DNA of 64,000 bases from the NCBI GenBank assembly GCA_963845145.1, contig CAWJQU010000016.1, positions 60,689 to 124,688 of the forward strand. Reading direction: 5' to 3'. Positions 1-10,345 of this stretch are shown here, in pieces. A model generated the notes under the pieces. That model was given only the letters and a program-made list of their open reading frames with translations, had not been told where the DNA came from and did no database searches. Within the stretch, counting starts at the first letter, position 1; every line of letters starts with the position of its first letter. Source of the DNA: an uncultured delta proteobacterium. GTDB lineage: Bacteria; Desulfobacterota; Desulfobacteria; Desulfobacterales; QNYZ01. A program made the position numbers and the translations under genes.

Positions 1-1188
1 CGTGAGATTCACGATGAAAACAAAGCGTTAAGAGAATCATTATTTAACGAAAAAATGTCTTCCCAGGAACAACGTCGGGTCAGACGTTCCATTAATCGTC
101 GGAACCGTAAAATTTTTAATTTTTTAAAAACCTGGCGTTTTGAGGGTGCCATCGTCCACAAGATTGAAAAGCTTATTCGGCGTCAGGGCCAATGGTTTGA
201 TCATATGAACGATCTGTTTGCCTTAAGCGCCCGATCCTGTGCGGTATCTCCGACCAAACTGCGGGAGAAGCTCAATAACAAGAAGGGGTTTGTGAAATGG
301 CTGACTGCAGGAAGCGATTTAAATAAAAGTGACATCGAGGGGCTTTGGTCCGAGCTGTCCACCTTTGACGACGAGGTGTTGAAAAAGGAAAATGCGATTA
401 AGGTGAGGTATCGGAACATGCATCGCGTCATGACCAATATCGATAGCGGTCATATACGCGCCAAAAAGGCGAAAAGTGAGCTGACGCGGGCCAACCTCCG
501 TCTCGTGGTCAGCATCGCCAAAAAATACACAAACCGTGGGTTGCAGTTTCTCGATTTGATTCAGGAAGGAAATATCGGGCTGATGAAGGCCGTGGATAAG
601 TTTGAATACCGACGGGGTTACAAGTTCAGCACCTATGCCACTTGGTGGATTCGGCAGGCAATTACCCGGGCCATTGCCGACCAGGCCCGAACCATTCGCA
701 TACCGGTCCATATGATTGAAACCATCAACAAGCTGATTCGAACCTCCCGCTATTTGGTTCAGGAACTGGGCCGTGAACCCGACCCGGAAGAGATCGCCGA
801 GAAAATGGAAATACCACTGAACAAAGTTCGTAAAGTGCTCAAGATTGCCCGAGAGCCAATTTCCCTGGAAACACCCATTGGTGAAGAGGAAGACAGCCAT
901 CTGGGCGATTTCATTGAGGATAAAAAATTTATGCTGCCTTCCGATGCGTCGGTCAATTTGAACCTGGCCGAACAGACGCGAAAAGTTTTGGCAACATTGA
1001 CCCCCAGGGAAGAAAAAGTGTTGCGCATGCGCTTCGGCATAGGAGAAAAATCAGATCACACATTGGAGGAGGTAGGGCAGGATTTTTCCGTGACGCGGGA
1101 GCGGATTCGCCAAATTGAAGCCAAGGCCTTGCGTAAATTGCGTCATCCCACGCGAAGTCGAAAATTAAAAAATTTTATTGATAATTGA
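1..1188 (+). CDS. rpoD: RNA polymerase primary sigma-70 factor (5' end lies outside the window)
   Basis: Region 2 motifs [63 protein letters not shown] and region 4 HTLEEVG...[13 protein letters not shown]. The frame is open from base 1 to the ORF-track ATG at 55. Confidence 0.97.
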   Translation, partial: REIHDENKALRESLFNEKMSSQEQRRVRRSINRRNRKIFNFLKTWRFEGAIVHKIEKLIRRQGQWFDHMNDLFALSARSCAVSPTKLREKLNNKKGFVKWLTAGSDLNKSDIEGLWSELSTFDDEVLKKENAIKVRYRNMHRVMTNIDSGHIRAKKAKSELTRANLRLVVSIAKKYTNRGLQFLDLIQEGNIGLMKAVDKFEYRRGYKFSTYATWWIRQAITRAIADQARTIRIPVHMIETINKLIRTSRYLVQELGREPDPEEIAEKMEIPLNKVRKVLKIAREPISLETPIGEEEDSHLGDFIEDKKFMLPSDASVNLNLAEQTRKVLATLTPREEKVLRMRFGIGEKSDHTLEEVGQDFSVTRERIRQIEAKALRKLRHPTRSRKLKNFIDN

Positions 1189-1245
1189 AGGGTCAGTTCT
1201 TGACAAATCATCGAGCCGTGAGTACGTACCAGCGGCGAGGTATTA

Positions 1246-1318
1246 GGGCCCATAGCTCAGCTGGCAGAGCCACCGGCTCATAACCGGTCGGTCCCTGGTT
1301 CGAATCCAGGTGGGCCCA
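1246..1318 (+). tRNA. tRNA with CAT anticodon, most likely tRNA-Ile2 (lysidine-modified) rather than tRNA-Met
   Basis: Cloverleaf: acceptor GGGCCCA/TGGGCCC, D-arm TAGCTCAG-CTGGCAGAGC, anticodon arm ACCGG-CT-CAT-AA-CCGGT, T-loop GGTTCGAATCC. No encoded CCA. A paired G1:C72 acceptor argues against initiator tRNA; GGGCC start and location after rpoD fit Ile2. Confidence 0.93.
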
Positions 1319-1384
1319 CTTTTCACATGAACCTTTGGTTGTCTGTACACAACCCCTAAACCGCACCTATATTTATAGAAAACT

Positions 1385-2224
1385 ATGGACTTGAAGGTCA
1401 CAGATGTCATTCGAATCATGGAATCCATCGCACCGTCATCTTTGGCCGAAGAGTGGGACAATGTCGGCTTACAAGTGGGGCGGGGCGACTGGCCGGTTCG
1501 AAGTATATGGGTCGCTTTAGATCCAACGCCCGACGTCATGGAGGCGGCCTGTAACGCGGGAGCGGATCTTCTAATCACCCACCACCCATTGATTTTTAAA
1601 GCACTTGATCGAATTGACTTTGATACGCCTACCGGAAAGGTTATTCGGCGCGCAGCATCGAACAAGACGGCTATATTTGCGGCACACACCAATTTAGACA
1701 GTGTCCATGGGGGCTTAAACGATCTGCTTGCCCGAAAACTCGGGCTGAAAAAATGCATGTCACTATCGCCACTTTCTCACGGACTTGAGCTTCAGGATAA
1801 ATCCGTCCTATCGAATGATTCGCCCACCGGCCTGGGTCGAATCGGGATGCTTCCAAAAGAAACCGTTTTGGCCCGGCTGGTATCCGATATTAAAAAAAAA
1901 CTTGGCCTGGCATCGATTCGGTTGGTGGGGGATCGCGATCTACCGGTTCGAAAGGTGGCCATCTGCACAGGTAGCGGCGGCAGCCTTATCCCGGCCTTTT
2001 TAGCCTCTGACGCCCAGGTGTTTGTCAGCGGGGATTTGTCCTATCATAACGGACGGGTGGTGGAATCAATGGGGCGGGCGATGATCGACATCGGTCATTT
2101 TGCTTCCGAACATCTGATGGTGGAAGATTTAACCCGTCGACTGAAAGACACGCTAAAACAGATGGGTGAAAAGGCAATCGTAACCGGATGCCCTATTGAA
2201 CAAGATCCTTTTTCGATCATTTGA
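1385..2224 (+). CDS. Nif3-like dinuclear metal centre hexameric protein
   Basis: Motifs WDNVGLQVG, LITHHPLIF, AHTNLD, GDLSYH and DIGHFASE. Confidence 0.92.
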   Translation: MDLKVTDVIRIMESIAPSSLAEEWDNVGLQVGRGDWPVRSIWVALDPTPDVMEAACNAGADLLITHHPLIFKALDRIDFDTPTGKVIRRAASNKTAIFAAHTNLDSVHGGLNDLLARKLGLKKCMSLSPLSHGLELQDKSVLSNDSPTGLGRIGMLPKETVLARLVSDIKKKLGLASIRLVGDRDLPVRKVAICTGSGGSLIPAFLASDAQVFVSGDLSYHNGRVVESMGRAMIDIGHFASEHLMVEDLTRRLKDTLKQMGEKAIVTGCPIEQDPFSII

Positions 2225-2331
2225 AAAGTGTTTGATTATTTAATGGATTTGCTCGTAAAGAAGAGGAAAACCCCCATATGGGGTTTATCGAAATTTGAAC
2301 CGGCCGTGATCATTCGCACCTGAAGGAGACC

Positions 2332-3064
2332 ATGTCGATAAAATTACAGATTCAACGCCTGGCGGAATTGCAAACCGTGGAGAATGACATTAGTGGAATT
2401 ATCCACTTGCTGACCAAGATCCCGGAAGAGTTGGAAACATTGGACAGTCAACTATTAGAATTTAAATTAAAAATAGAACGGGTAGAAAATAAAAGCGTCA
2501 CCCTAGAAAAGCAATATCGGGACTGGGAAGGGGATAGCCAAGGCCTCTCGTCCAAGATTGAAAAGGAAAATAACAAACTCAATTCCGTAAAAAATAACAA
2601 GGAATATCAGGCGTTGCTGGCGGGAATTGAGCATTTGAAAACCGAGAGATCCGTCATTGAGGATAAAATGATCGAATCGTTGGAAATGATGGATGAAGCC
2701 AAAGCGGATCTCTCCGCGCAAAAAGGTGGAATTTAAACAGTTCGAAGCACAGCTGAACAGGCAGCGGGAAGTCATCCGTCAACAATCTGAAAAAAAAGGG
2801 CGGGAACGTGAAAAGTTAGAGAATGTCAAGGCGAATCTCGTCGGTGAAATTGAGCCCGCTGTGATAGAACGATACCAGCACGTTAAAACCCTTAAAGGAC
2901 AAGGCCTGGCCATAGCCGCCGTCCAGGACGAAGTTTGCAAGGGTTGCAATATGAATATTCCCCCCCAATTGTATAATGACTTGCAACGCTATGAAAGCCT
3001 TCTGGTGTGCCCCAATTGCCAGCGGATTATCTACCATGATCCACCGGCCGATTCCGATGGCTGA
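2332..3064 (+). CDS. Coiled-coil C4 zinc-ribbon protein (DUF164/CT398-like), split by a frameshift near 2720
   Basis: ORF 2332..2736 is coiled-coil (VKNNKEYQAL). Overlapping ORF 2693..3064 carries CKGCNMNIPPQ...CPNCQRII. The break lies at the A-run near 2720-2725. Position between Nif3 and rnpB is typical. Confidence 0.85.
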
Positions 3065-3186
3065 TCCATTCTCAGCTTGAGGCTCATTGTTAAATCTTCC
3101 AGGCCATATCCGATGGATAAACAACGATTGGGATTCCGGCTGTGGCTTGAATCCCAATGTATTTAGCGTTATATTCGGCCGACGGT

Positions 3187-3577
<391 letters not shown>

Positions 3578-3692
3578 GCCGTGAGTACCGTAAAAGAGGT
3601 CTTTTAGGGTGAGCCTGATGCCAAAACTTAAAAAATATGTCCATCGGGGAAGGAATCACCGTTGTCGTTCTGAAGGGAGCGTTCTTTAATGG

Positions 3693-5010
3693 ATGTCATC
3701 GAACCCGGGCAAGAGGCTTGTGAAACATTCATTTAAGGCCAAAGTACGGGTATTGTCCTGCGATTTTTTGCGATGCTGTCGCTACGTTTCGCAGCTGCGC
3801 AATGATCGCGATTATTTTACCAAGAAGCTCTATTCCCGACTGATCAGTACCTCTCAGGTTTTAGAAGATTTTCTCGATTTCCATGGGGCGAAAAATAGCA
3901 CCGTCTGGTTTTTTTACCGGGAGCTATCGTCAGCCGTTCGACATCTGAGCTTAGGCGGTTACTCTCAGAAGCATATCTGTAATCGCCTGGGATTTTATAC
4001 TCTACCCGATGTCGAATTATTTGAAAAAAATGGATTCAAAACCATCGATTTTATCAATGGGTGCCTCATTCGCCTTGCTCCGGTGGCCATTAAGAAGCCC
4101 GCCGTTTAAACATCGACATGCCTAAACACTCCTTTTCATCGGCTGATTTTCCGGGAATCACCACAGGTGAGATGTTAGCCTTTGACATTAATGATGAAGC
4201 CCGGGATGAACAAAGGCGTCATGTCGTAATCATTGCCAACGAATTTTTAAAAATTGCGGAACAATTTGATAAACTGGAATTTTATAATCCCTATACACCG
4301 GCGCAGATCCGTGAGATCGTTCCAAACAAAATTAACGAAGTTGAAATTCGACGTTTTGAAATGCTGGTTCACAACCTGCAATCCTCATTTGATACCTATG
4401 TGATCTACGGCGGGTTGCGCTTTGCGGAGGTTAAATTAAAACAGCTCCGCAGTTTTTTTTCTGTCGGGTTTCATCTTCCTTCAGATGGTGGGACGATTGC
4501 TGCATTTATATGAGCGCCATCTTCATGATGCCGGATATAAAAACATCTATAAAGATGTCCAGGACCGCTTGAGTGACATTATTGATCCAATGGACCTTGC
4601 TGGATCACAGCATCAACTACGGCATCTACTTTGTTTGTCATTATATGAACAAAGGACGGAATCTCTCTCTGGATATTTTAAAAGAGAATATGGCCCGATC
4701 TCAAATTCGCGTTGGGATACCGGTTAAACTTGGGTTTCATTCCCGTCCCAGTCTTTTGGTGGCCAAAATCGTGCAGCACTACGGCGGGCAGGTGGAATTA
4801 CTGGTTAAAGAAGATCGCTTCGATGCCGGCAGTGTCCTTGATATTCAATGGGCCGGTGGAAAAATCAACAAGGAAAACATCTCCGAAGTGGTATTCGAGG
4901 GTGATTCCCGCGCCCTGCGGGATATAGAGATTTTGGCCAATGTCAATTACGGCGAAGATACCATGGGGAAGGGGGTCCCTTTGCCCAAAGAACTCGAATA
5001 CTTGAGATAG
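3693..5010 (+). CDS. Extended HPr-family phosphocarrier protein (~340 aa N-terminal extension plus HPr domain), broken by about 3 frameshifts
   Basis: Consecutive overlapping + ORFs 3693..4109, 4118..4513, 4485..4727 and 4573..5010 join with single-base shifts. The last carries GFHSRPS (His15-like) and DAGSVLDIQ (Ser46-like). Confidence 0.75.
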
Positions 5011-5020
5011 GTCTCTTGAC

Positions 5021-5729
5021 ATGAATACGACTGCCGTTATCGTTGCCGCCGGAAAGGGCGTGCGCATGGGAAAAACGATCGGCAAACAGTTCCTCCCCCT
5101 GGGCGGGCGGGCGATTCTGGCCCACACCCTATCTGTTTTTGATAAATCCGCAATGATCGATCGAATGATTCTGGTCCTATCTCCCGATGAACGGGTGTAT
5201 TGCAAAACCGAAGTGTTGTCCAAGATGACTTTGGACACCCCCCTCTCCCTGGTAAGCGGAGGCCCCACGCGACAGGAATCTGTCTACAATGGTTTAAACG
5301 CTATTCAAGAAAAAGATTCCATCGTGATTATCCATGATGGTGTGAGGCCCTTTGTTCGGCCCCACCATATTGTTGAAACCGTCGAAAAAGCACGGGAAAC
5401 AGGCGCCTGCATCCTGGCCCTGCCTGTAACGGATACATTAAAGGCAGTGGATAGTGCCCATTGCATTCAAGCAACATTGGCACGGAGCACCGTCTGGATG
5501 GCCCAAACGCCCCAGACATTTCGTTTAGAGGTTATTCGGCGGGCACATCAGTCGGCGCGCGACACCGAATACAAGGGTACCGATGATGCCCAATTGGTTG
5601 AAAGAATGGGTCTGCCGGTGACGGTTATTTCCGGAAGTCCCTGACAATATCAAAATTACCACTCCCAATGACCTGCCTCTGGCCGAGGCGATTTTGAAGC
5701 TGCGTCAAAGTTCAGCACTGCACGATTGA
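5021..5729 (+). CDS. ispD: 2-C-methyl-D-erythritol 4-phosphate cytidylyltransferase, frameshifted near 5640
   Basis: AAGKGVRM, KQFL, GGPTRQESV, IHDGVRPF, AQTPQTF and TDDA. The conserved NIKITTPNDL continues in another frame after the CCC run and ends at TGA 5727-5729. Confidence 0.9.
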
Positions 5730-5760
5730 GACCGTTTGTTCGGTGAAAGTCACAATCGTG

Positions 5761-5798
5761 AATATCGAATATCGAACAAGGAATATTGAATGTTGAAG
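5761..5798. repeat. Degenerate intergenic heptamer tandem array
   Basis: AATATCG-AATATCG-AACAAGG-AATATTG-AATGTTG-AAG. Confidence 0.6.
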
Positions 5799-5872
5799 TA
5801 TGGAATCGCTTCGCGCTTTCATTTAGGAGACTTCATGGGGTTTGGTAAATAACGATGGATGGAGAGTTTGAA

Positions 5873-6847
5873 ATGAAAAGCGATATGCCCACTTTGGCCG
5901 ATGTTATGGCCGCTCGACCGAATGTTTACCGTTACTTAAAGCCGACCCCTTTGTACCATTATTCAACGCTCAGCCATTTGCTGGGGGCGGATATCTGGAT
6001 TAAACATGAAAACCATCAGCCGATCGGCGCGTTTAAAGTGCGTGGCGGTTTGAATCTGGCAGCCAATATGGATGCTGACACCCGCCGCTCCGGTCTGTAT
6101 ACGGCATCAACCGGCAATCATGGCCAGAGTATCGCTTTTGCTGCCCGAGCATACGGCATTGAGGCGACGATCGCTGTTCCCGAAGGCGCTAACCCCGGCA
6201 AGGTAGAGGCGATGAAAGGTCTTGGCGGGAAAGTCGTTTTTCACGGGCCGGACTTTGACACGGCCCGAGAATGGATTATGACCGAGGCGAAAGACGCCGG
6301 AGGCTATTTTGTAGGCCCCACGGATGCCCCGCTCATTTGCGGCGTGGGCACCTATGCCCTCGAAATCGTGGAAGACCTGCCCGATGTCGAGACCATTATC
6401 GTTCCGGTGGGGGGTGGTAGCGGCGCCTGCGGTACTGCCATCGTAGCCAAAAGCATTAATCCCAAGATTGAAGTCATCGGCGCACAATCCGCACAGGCGC
6501 CGGCCATGCAGATGAGCTGGTCTTCAGGGGAAATGAAGACCGCTCCCATGAAGACCTTTGCCGAAGGTGTTGCCACCCGGGTTCCCTTTGAAAACACCCA
6601 AGCGATCATGCGAAAGTACCTGGACGATTTTCTCCTCGTAGACGATGATGAGATTAAAAAAGCCGTTGTTATGTTGCTTCATCACACGCATAACCTGGCC
6701 GAGGGTGCCGGCGCTATACCGCTGGCGGCCGCTTGGCGTTATCGTGAAAGACTGGCTGGTAAAAAAGTGGTCCTGGTTTTAAGCGGCGGCAATATGGCCC
6801 TTGATCAACTACAACAGATCTTGTCTACTTCGACGCTTAAAATGTGA
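5873..6847 (+). CDS. PLP-dependent threonine/serine dehydratase (serine racemase-like), no regulatory domain
   Basis: KHENHQPIGAFKVRG (PLP lysine), STGNHGQ, VPVGGGSG, AEGAGA and VLSGGN. A GGAG RBS precedes ATG 5873. Confidence 0.9.
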   Translation: MKSDMPTLADVMAARPNVYRYLKPTPLYHYSTLSHLLGADIWIKHENHQPIGAFKVRGGLNLAANMDADTRRSGLYTASTGNHGQSIAFAARAYGIEATIAVPEGANPGKVEAMKGLGGKVVFHGPDFDTAREWIMTEAKDAGGYFVGPTDAPLICGVGTYALEIVEDLPDVETIIVPVGGGSGACGTAIVAKSINPKIEVIGAQSAQAPAMQMSWSSGEMKTAPMKTFAEGVATRVPFENTQAIMRKYLDDFLLVDDDEIKKAVVMLLHHTHNLAEGAGAIPLAAAWRYRERLAGKKVVLVLSGGNMALDQLQQILSTSTLKM

Positions 6848-6887
6848 AATTATTTTTGCGCGAGCCCTCAGACATAATGGAAATAAA

Positions 6888-7149
6888 ATGAGTAACGATT
6901 ATATTGAAGCGATCCTGATCTGGTCGGAAAAAGGGCCCTCGCCTGATGTTGATATTTGGTTCACGCAACGGGGTTTAAAAGTCGCGCCCATGCGTCAAGG
7001 GCTGCTAATCAGCGGTGGCAGTATCCCGATTTAAAGAAGTGTTTCAAGTTAAACAACTTCTACCTGAAAGGCCGTTGACGTTATCGGTACCAGCTGAATT
7101 ATCGGATTATGTGATGGATATATCCATTCCGAAGCCGCGACGGTTTTAA
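6888..7149 (+). CDS. Small protein (~86 aa) resembling a stand-alone subtilase/sedolisin propeptide, one-base frameshift near 7018
   Basis: MSNDYIEAILIW...WFTQRGLKVAPMRQGLLISG joins in the +1 frame to (A)VSRFKEVFQVK...LSVPAELSDYVMDISIPKPRRF*. It lies directly upstream of the S8 gene. Confidence 0.55.
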
Positions 7150-7178
7150 GTTCCTCAAACCTTTTTCAGCAAAGGGAG

Positions 7179-8675
7179 GTGTCATCCATGAGCCCGAGAA
7201 TACCGTATCAAATAGAGACCGACCAAATACTCCCTGAGGTGCTCCAAGGGTATGTTTCGGTTAACTCCAGGGGTAAAAAAAATATTTTTGCCAGAAGGTC
7301 CTACCCTAAATCGGCCAAGGCCTATCAGGCCACACTTACGGATTTAAAACAAAGCCAACAAGCACTTGAGTCCATTGGATTCCATATTGTGGCCGAAAGC
7401 AGGCTGGGATTTGCTATTGCGGGGCCGCCCCGGGCGTTTGAAGAACTTTGCGGGGGGCAAGTGGTGACGGTCGATCGTCTCATGCATGCCGAAGGGGGTC
7501 GTGAACGGTACGTCACGCACCTCGATATTGTGGGAAATAAACAGCCACCGATGCTTGGTCATGGTAGAGCGAAATCCTCGAAAATGAAAATTGAAGGCGT
7601 TTTAATCGAGCGCCCAAGATTTCTTCAATCGGTTTTCCCATCGCCGATTCCTCCGGTTGTGAATCAATTTCATTTACGGGTGCCTGATGATGTTGCTGTT
7701 GGCTTGGGTGCTGTCAAGGCGCATCGAGATGGTTTCAGAGGCAAAGGCGTAAAGGTCTCCATGGTGGACAGCGGCCAGTATGCCCATCCGTTTTTTGCCG
7801 CCCACCACTATGATGTGTTACCGGCGAAAAGTGTTGTTCCGGGTACGAGTCCAACCAAAGATCCGGTGGGCCACGGAACCGGTGAATCGGCCAATATATT
7901 TGCCATAGCTCCTGAGACCACGGTACAGCCGGTCAGGGCCTCTGATGAGAATGGAAACCTTGTGGGAGCGATCGGTGGATTTCTTATGGCGAAACAGGAT
8001 TCCCCGGCCATTCTGACCAATTCATGGGGAGGGGATGGGCCTTATCCACCAACCGGCTCGCCGGATACGTATGATTTGGCCTGGGCGGCCGAAATTCTTG
8101 ACGCCATTGAAAAGGGGATATTTGTTGTGTTTTCAGCCGGTAATGGGGGTTTTACCATCGAGCCTCAGGTACCGGGAGTGCTTGCTGCGGGTGGTGTCTA
8201 CATGGCCGGGGATCTGGGTTTACGTACATCGAACTATGCCAGCGGGTACCCAAGCCCATGGTTTCAAAATGTAACCGTCCCCGATGTTTGCGGTTTGGTC
8301 GGTTTGATTCCCAGAGCGCAGTATATCATGCTGCCGGTCCAACCGGGGTGCGAATTGGATCTGTTTGAAAGCCAGCCGACAGGCGAAGACACTGATAGTG
8401 ATGGGACCACGGCCAATGATGGATGGGCGCTTTTCTCCGGGACATCGGCCGCAGCCCCTCAAATCGCAGGTATTGCGGCCCTGATTTTAAACGCCAAGCC
8501 GGATCTATTGCCCGCACAGATTACCGAGTCGATGACGAAAACGGCAATTGACATCCGTACCGGTCGTTGTCATCCGCGTTTTAACTTTCAAGCCGAAATG
8601 GGCCATGACGACGCCACCGGTCATGGCCTGGCCGATGCTTCAGCAGCCGTACAATATGCGCTGGATCATTTTTAA
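7179..8675 (+). CDS. S8 (subtilisin-like) serine peptidase with N-terminal prodomain, no signal peptide
   Basis: Catalytic triad motifs VSMVDSG, GHGTGES and SGTSAAAPQIAG; oxyanion FSAGNG. GGGAG lies just before the GTG start. Confidence 0.9.
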   Translation: MSSMSPRIPYQIETDQILPEVLQGYVSVNSRGKKNIFARRSYPKSAKAYQATLTDLKQSQQALESIGFHIVAESRLGFAIAGPPRAFEELCGGQVVTVDRLMHAEGGRERYVTHLDIVGNKQPPMLGHGRAKSSKMKIEGVLIERPRFLQSVFPSPIPPVVNQFHLRVPDDVAVGLGAVKAHRDGFRGKGVKVSMVDSGQYAHPFFAAHHYDVLPAKSVVPGTSPTKDPVGHGTGESANIFAIAPETTVQPVRASDENGNLVGAIGGFLMAKQDSPAILTNSWGGDGPYPPTGSPDTYDLAWAAEILDAIEKGIFVVFSAGNGGFTIEPQVPGVLAAGGVYMAGDLGLRTSNYASGYPSPWFQNVTVPDVCGLVGLIPRAQYIMLPVQPGCELDLFESQPTGEDTDSDGTTANDGWALFSGTSAAAPQIAGIAALILNAKPDLLPAQITESMTKTAIDIRTGRCHPRFNFQAEMGHDDATGHGLADASAAVQYALDHF

Positions 8676-8684
8676 CCGGTTGTA

Positions 8685-9914
8685 TCAATCATGTCGTGTA
8701 CGCCTCAACGCCTTTGCCAGGCGATGGCGTTGAGGTTTCAACGCAGGGGTCAAATCGTAGTCTTCGAAGTCCTGAAAGTTTTTCTCAAGCAAACTAAAAA
8801 ACCGAACATCTTTAGGGTCGATAAACCAGAAAGCCATTAAATCAGCCAAATTCTTTAGCTCCCCCAGTGTATAAAAATCGATTCCAGGCGGTCCCCGTCG
8901 ATACCAGGTTTCCCAGAATCCCCATATTTTCTCGATATTACCCAGGGGGATCCAGGCCGTATAGAGTGGATCATCCAATGGCAACAGGACCAGCTTATTG
9001 GAAACTTCCTTTGCCCCGCCTTTTTCTGAGAACACCTTGTCCATTCCGGCACCCAAAGGGGCCTTGTCGGTTGCACCAAAAAGATAAGCAATGTGCATCG
9101 GATTGCCCACCGTGCGTTCCAGGCGATAGGGGGCGTTATCATTCATCAAATAGGGTTCGTTGGAAAACTGGGAAAAGGATATGGGCACGCGGTTGTCCTC
9201 GGGCCATTTGAAATCCTTCCCTGCCAGATAGACGCGATGATGGTTGTGTTGAGCCAACAATACGCCGAGGGGTTGGTGGGTTATTGCATCCAGAACAATA
9301 TGAATGGCGCCATGAATATCGAGTTCATGCCAGCCGGTGGGATTTCCGATGAGTCGGCTGCCCCATTTTTTCAGGCGTCCGATTTCAGATGGCAGGCCGC
9401 TGTAAGGAAAGACCAGGGAATATTTTAAAAACACCAGAGACATTCGGCCTGTTTCGGTTGGCAGGACATCCGTGTAAATCCGACCATACATTTCGGGGTG
9501 AATATCATTAATGGTGAGCGCGCGGGCGGTTTGGGCCGGGAGAAGATAATCGAGATATTGAGTGGCACTGAATTGGATATTTTTTAACATTGCCCGGCTA
9601 ACCGGTTGTGTGGGGGCGGCCCGCGGATTTTTTCGGTCCCGAACCACGCATTGGGGAAGATAATCTTGGTAAAAGCTCATAGGAATATAGCCGTCCGGTG
9701 CAACGAAAATCCGGGGCTTGAATTTATCCAGGAGGCGCCGGGTCTGCGGTGCCTCCTGGGGCCAGTTTTTCATTCTGGAAGCAGAGGACGTCACATCTTT
9801 GATAAACGACGACTCTGATTCTTCCCCAGGCGAGCATCCTATTACAATACAGATTACAATATAGAGGCCTGCCACTAAACCCAACAATCGATATATGCGC
9901 GAGAACTTATTCAT
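8685..9914 (-). CDS. Hypothetical lipoprotein with His-rich motifs
   Basis: 409 aa ORF with a basic N-terminus, hydrophobic stretch and VIGC lipobox-like site. Motifs WHELDIHGAIH and AQHNHHR. Confidence 0.65.
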   Translation of the reverse strand: MNKFSRIYRLLGLVAGLYIVICIVIGCSPGEESESSFIKDVTSSASRMKNWPQEAPQTRRLLDKFKPRIFVAPDGYIPMSFYQDYLPQCVVRDRKNPRAAPTQPVSRAMLKNIQFSATQYLDYLLPAQTARALTINDIHPEMYGRIYTDVLPTETGRMSLVFLKYSLVFPYSGLPSEIGRLKKWGSRLIGNPTGWHELDIHGAIHIVLDAITHQPLGVLLAQHNHHRVYLAGKDFKWPEDNRVPISFSQFSNEPYLMNDNAPYRLERTVGNPMHIAYLFGATDKAPLGAGMDKVFSEKGGAKEVSNKLVLLPLDDPLYTAWIPLGNIEKIWGFWETWYRRGPPGIDFYTLGELKNLADLMAFWFIDPKDVRFFSLLEKNFQDFEDYDLTPALKPQRHRLAKALRRTRHD

Positions 9915-10055
9915 ATATAGTAAAGATTGCCATGGTATTTTGATGTGTCAATGTGACGTTTTTCGGCGATGCGACATTCGATCGTAATTGTTTTTCGCTT
10001 GTCAAAATGGTCTTAATGCTGTTCCGGGATAAATATATATGGAACGAAATTTAGC

Positions 10056-10087
10056 TTGACGCGAAAAATTGTATACGGTATACAATT
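10056..10087 (+). promoter_or_regulatory. Sigma-70 promoter of the catabolic cluster overlapped by a palindromic GntR-type operator
   Basis: TTGACG at 10056-10061 and a -10-like TATACA/TACAAT at 10079-10086, inside the perfect inverted repeat AATTGTATAC-G-GTATACAATT (10067-10087). Confidence 0.7.
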
Positions 10088-10122
10088 ATGACATTTCTTA
10101 AATTACCAATGGGAGGAAATCC

Positions 10123-10335
10123 ATGGCTGATGTGAATGCACCGATGCCGGGTGTCATCTGCGATATCAAGGTGGAAATAGGCGATACCGTCATTGAAGAT
10201 CAGGAAATACTTACCCTTGAAGCCATGAAAATGGAAATGCCCATTGCCGCAACGGCCGCTGGGACGATCAAGGAAATTTGTTGTACAAAGGGCGGGGCCG
10301 TCCAGGGCGGTGAGGTGCTGGTTGTTATTGGATGA
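10123..10335 (+). CDS. Stand-alone biotin carboxyl carrier protein
   Basis: 70 aa with APMPG and the EAMKM biotinylation motif; GGGAGG RBS. Confidence 0.9.
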   Translation: MADVNAPMPGVICDIKVEIGDTVIEDQEILTLEAMKMEMPIAATAAGTIKEICCTKGGAVQGGEVLVVIG

Positions 10336-10345
10336 ATTATAGAAA

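Noticed and set aside
1246..1385. tRNA as an integration site for an island
   Set aside because: No integrase and no repeated tRNA 3' end were seen in the window; the flanking order looks like a housekeeping block.
1243..1758. 171 aa minus-strand ORF
   Set aside because: It is antisense to the tRNA and Nif3 gene.
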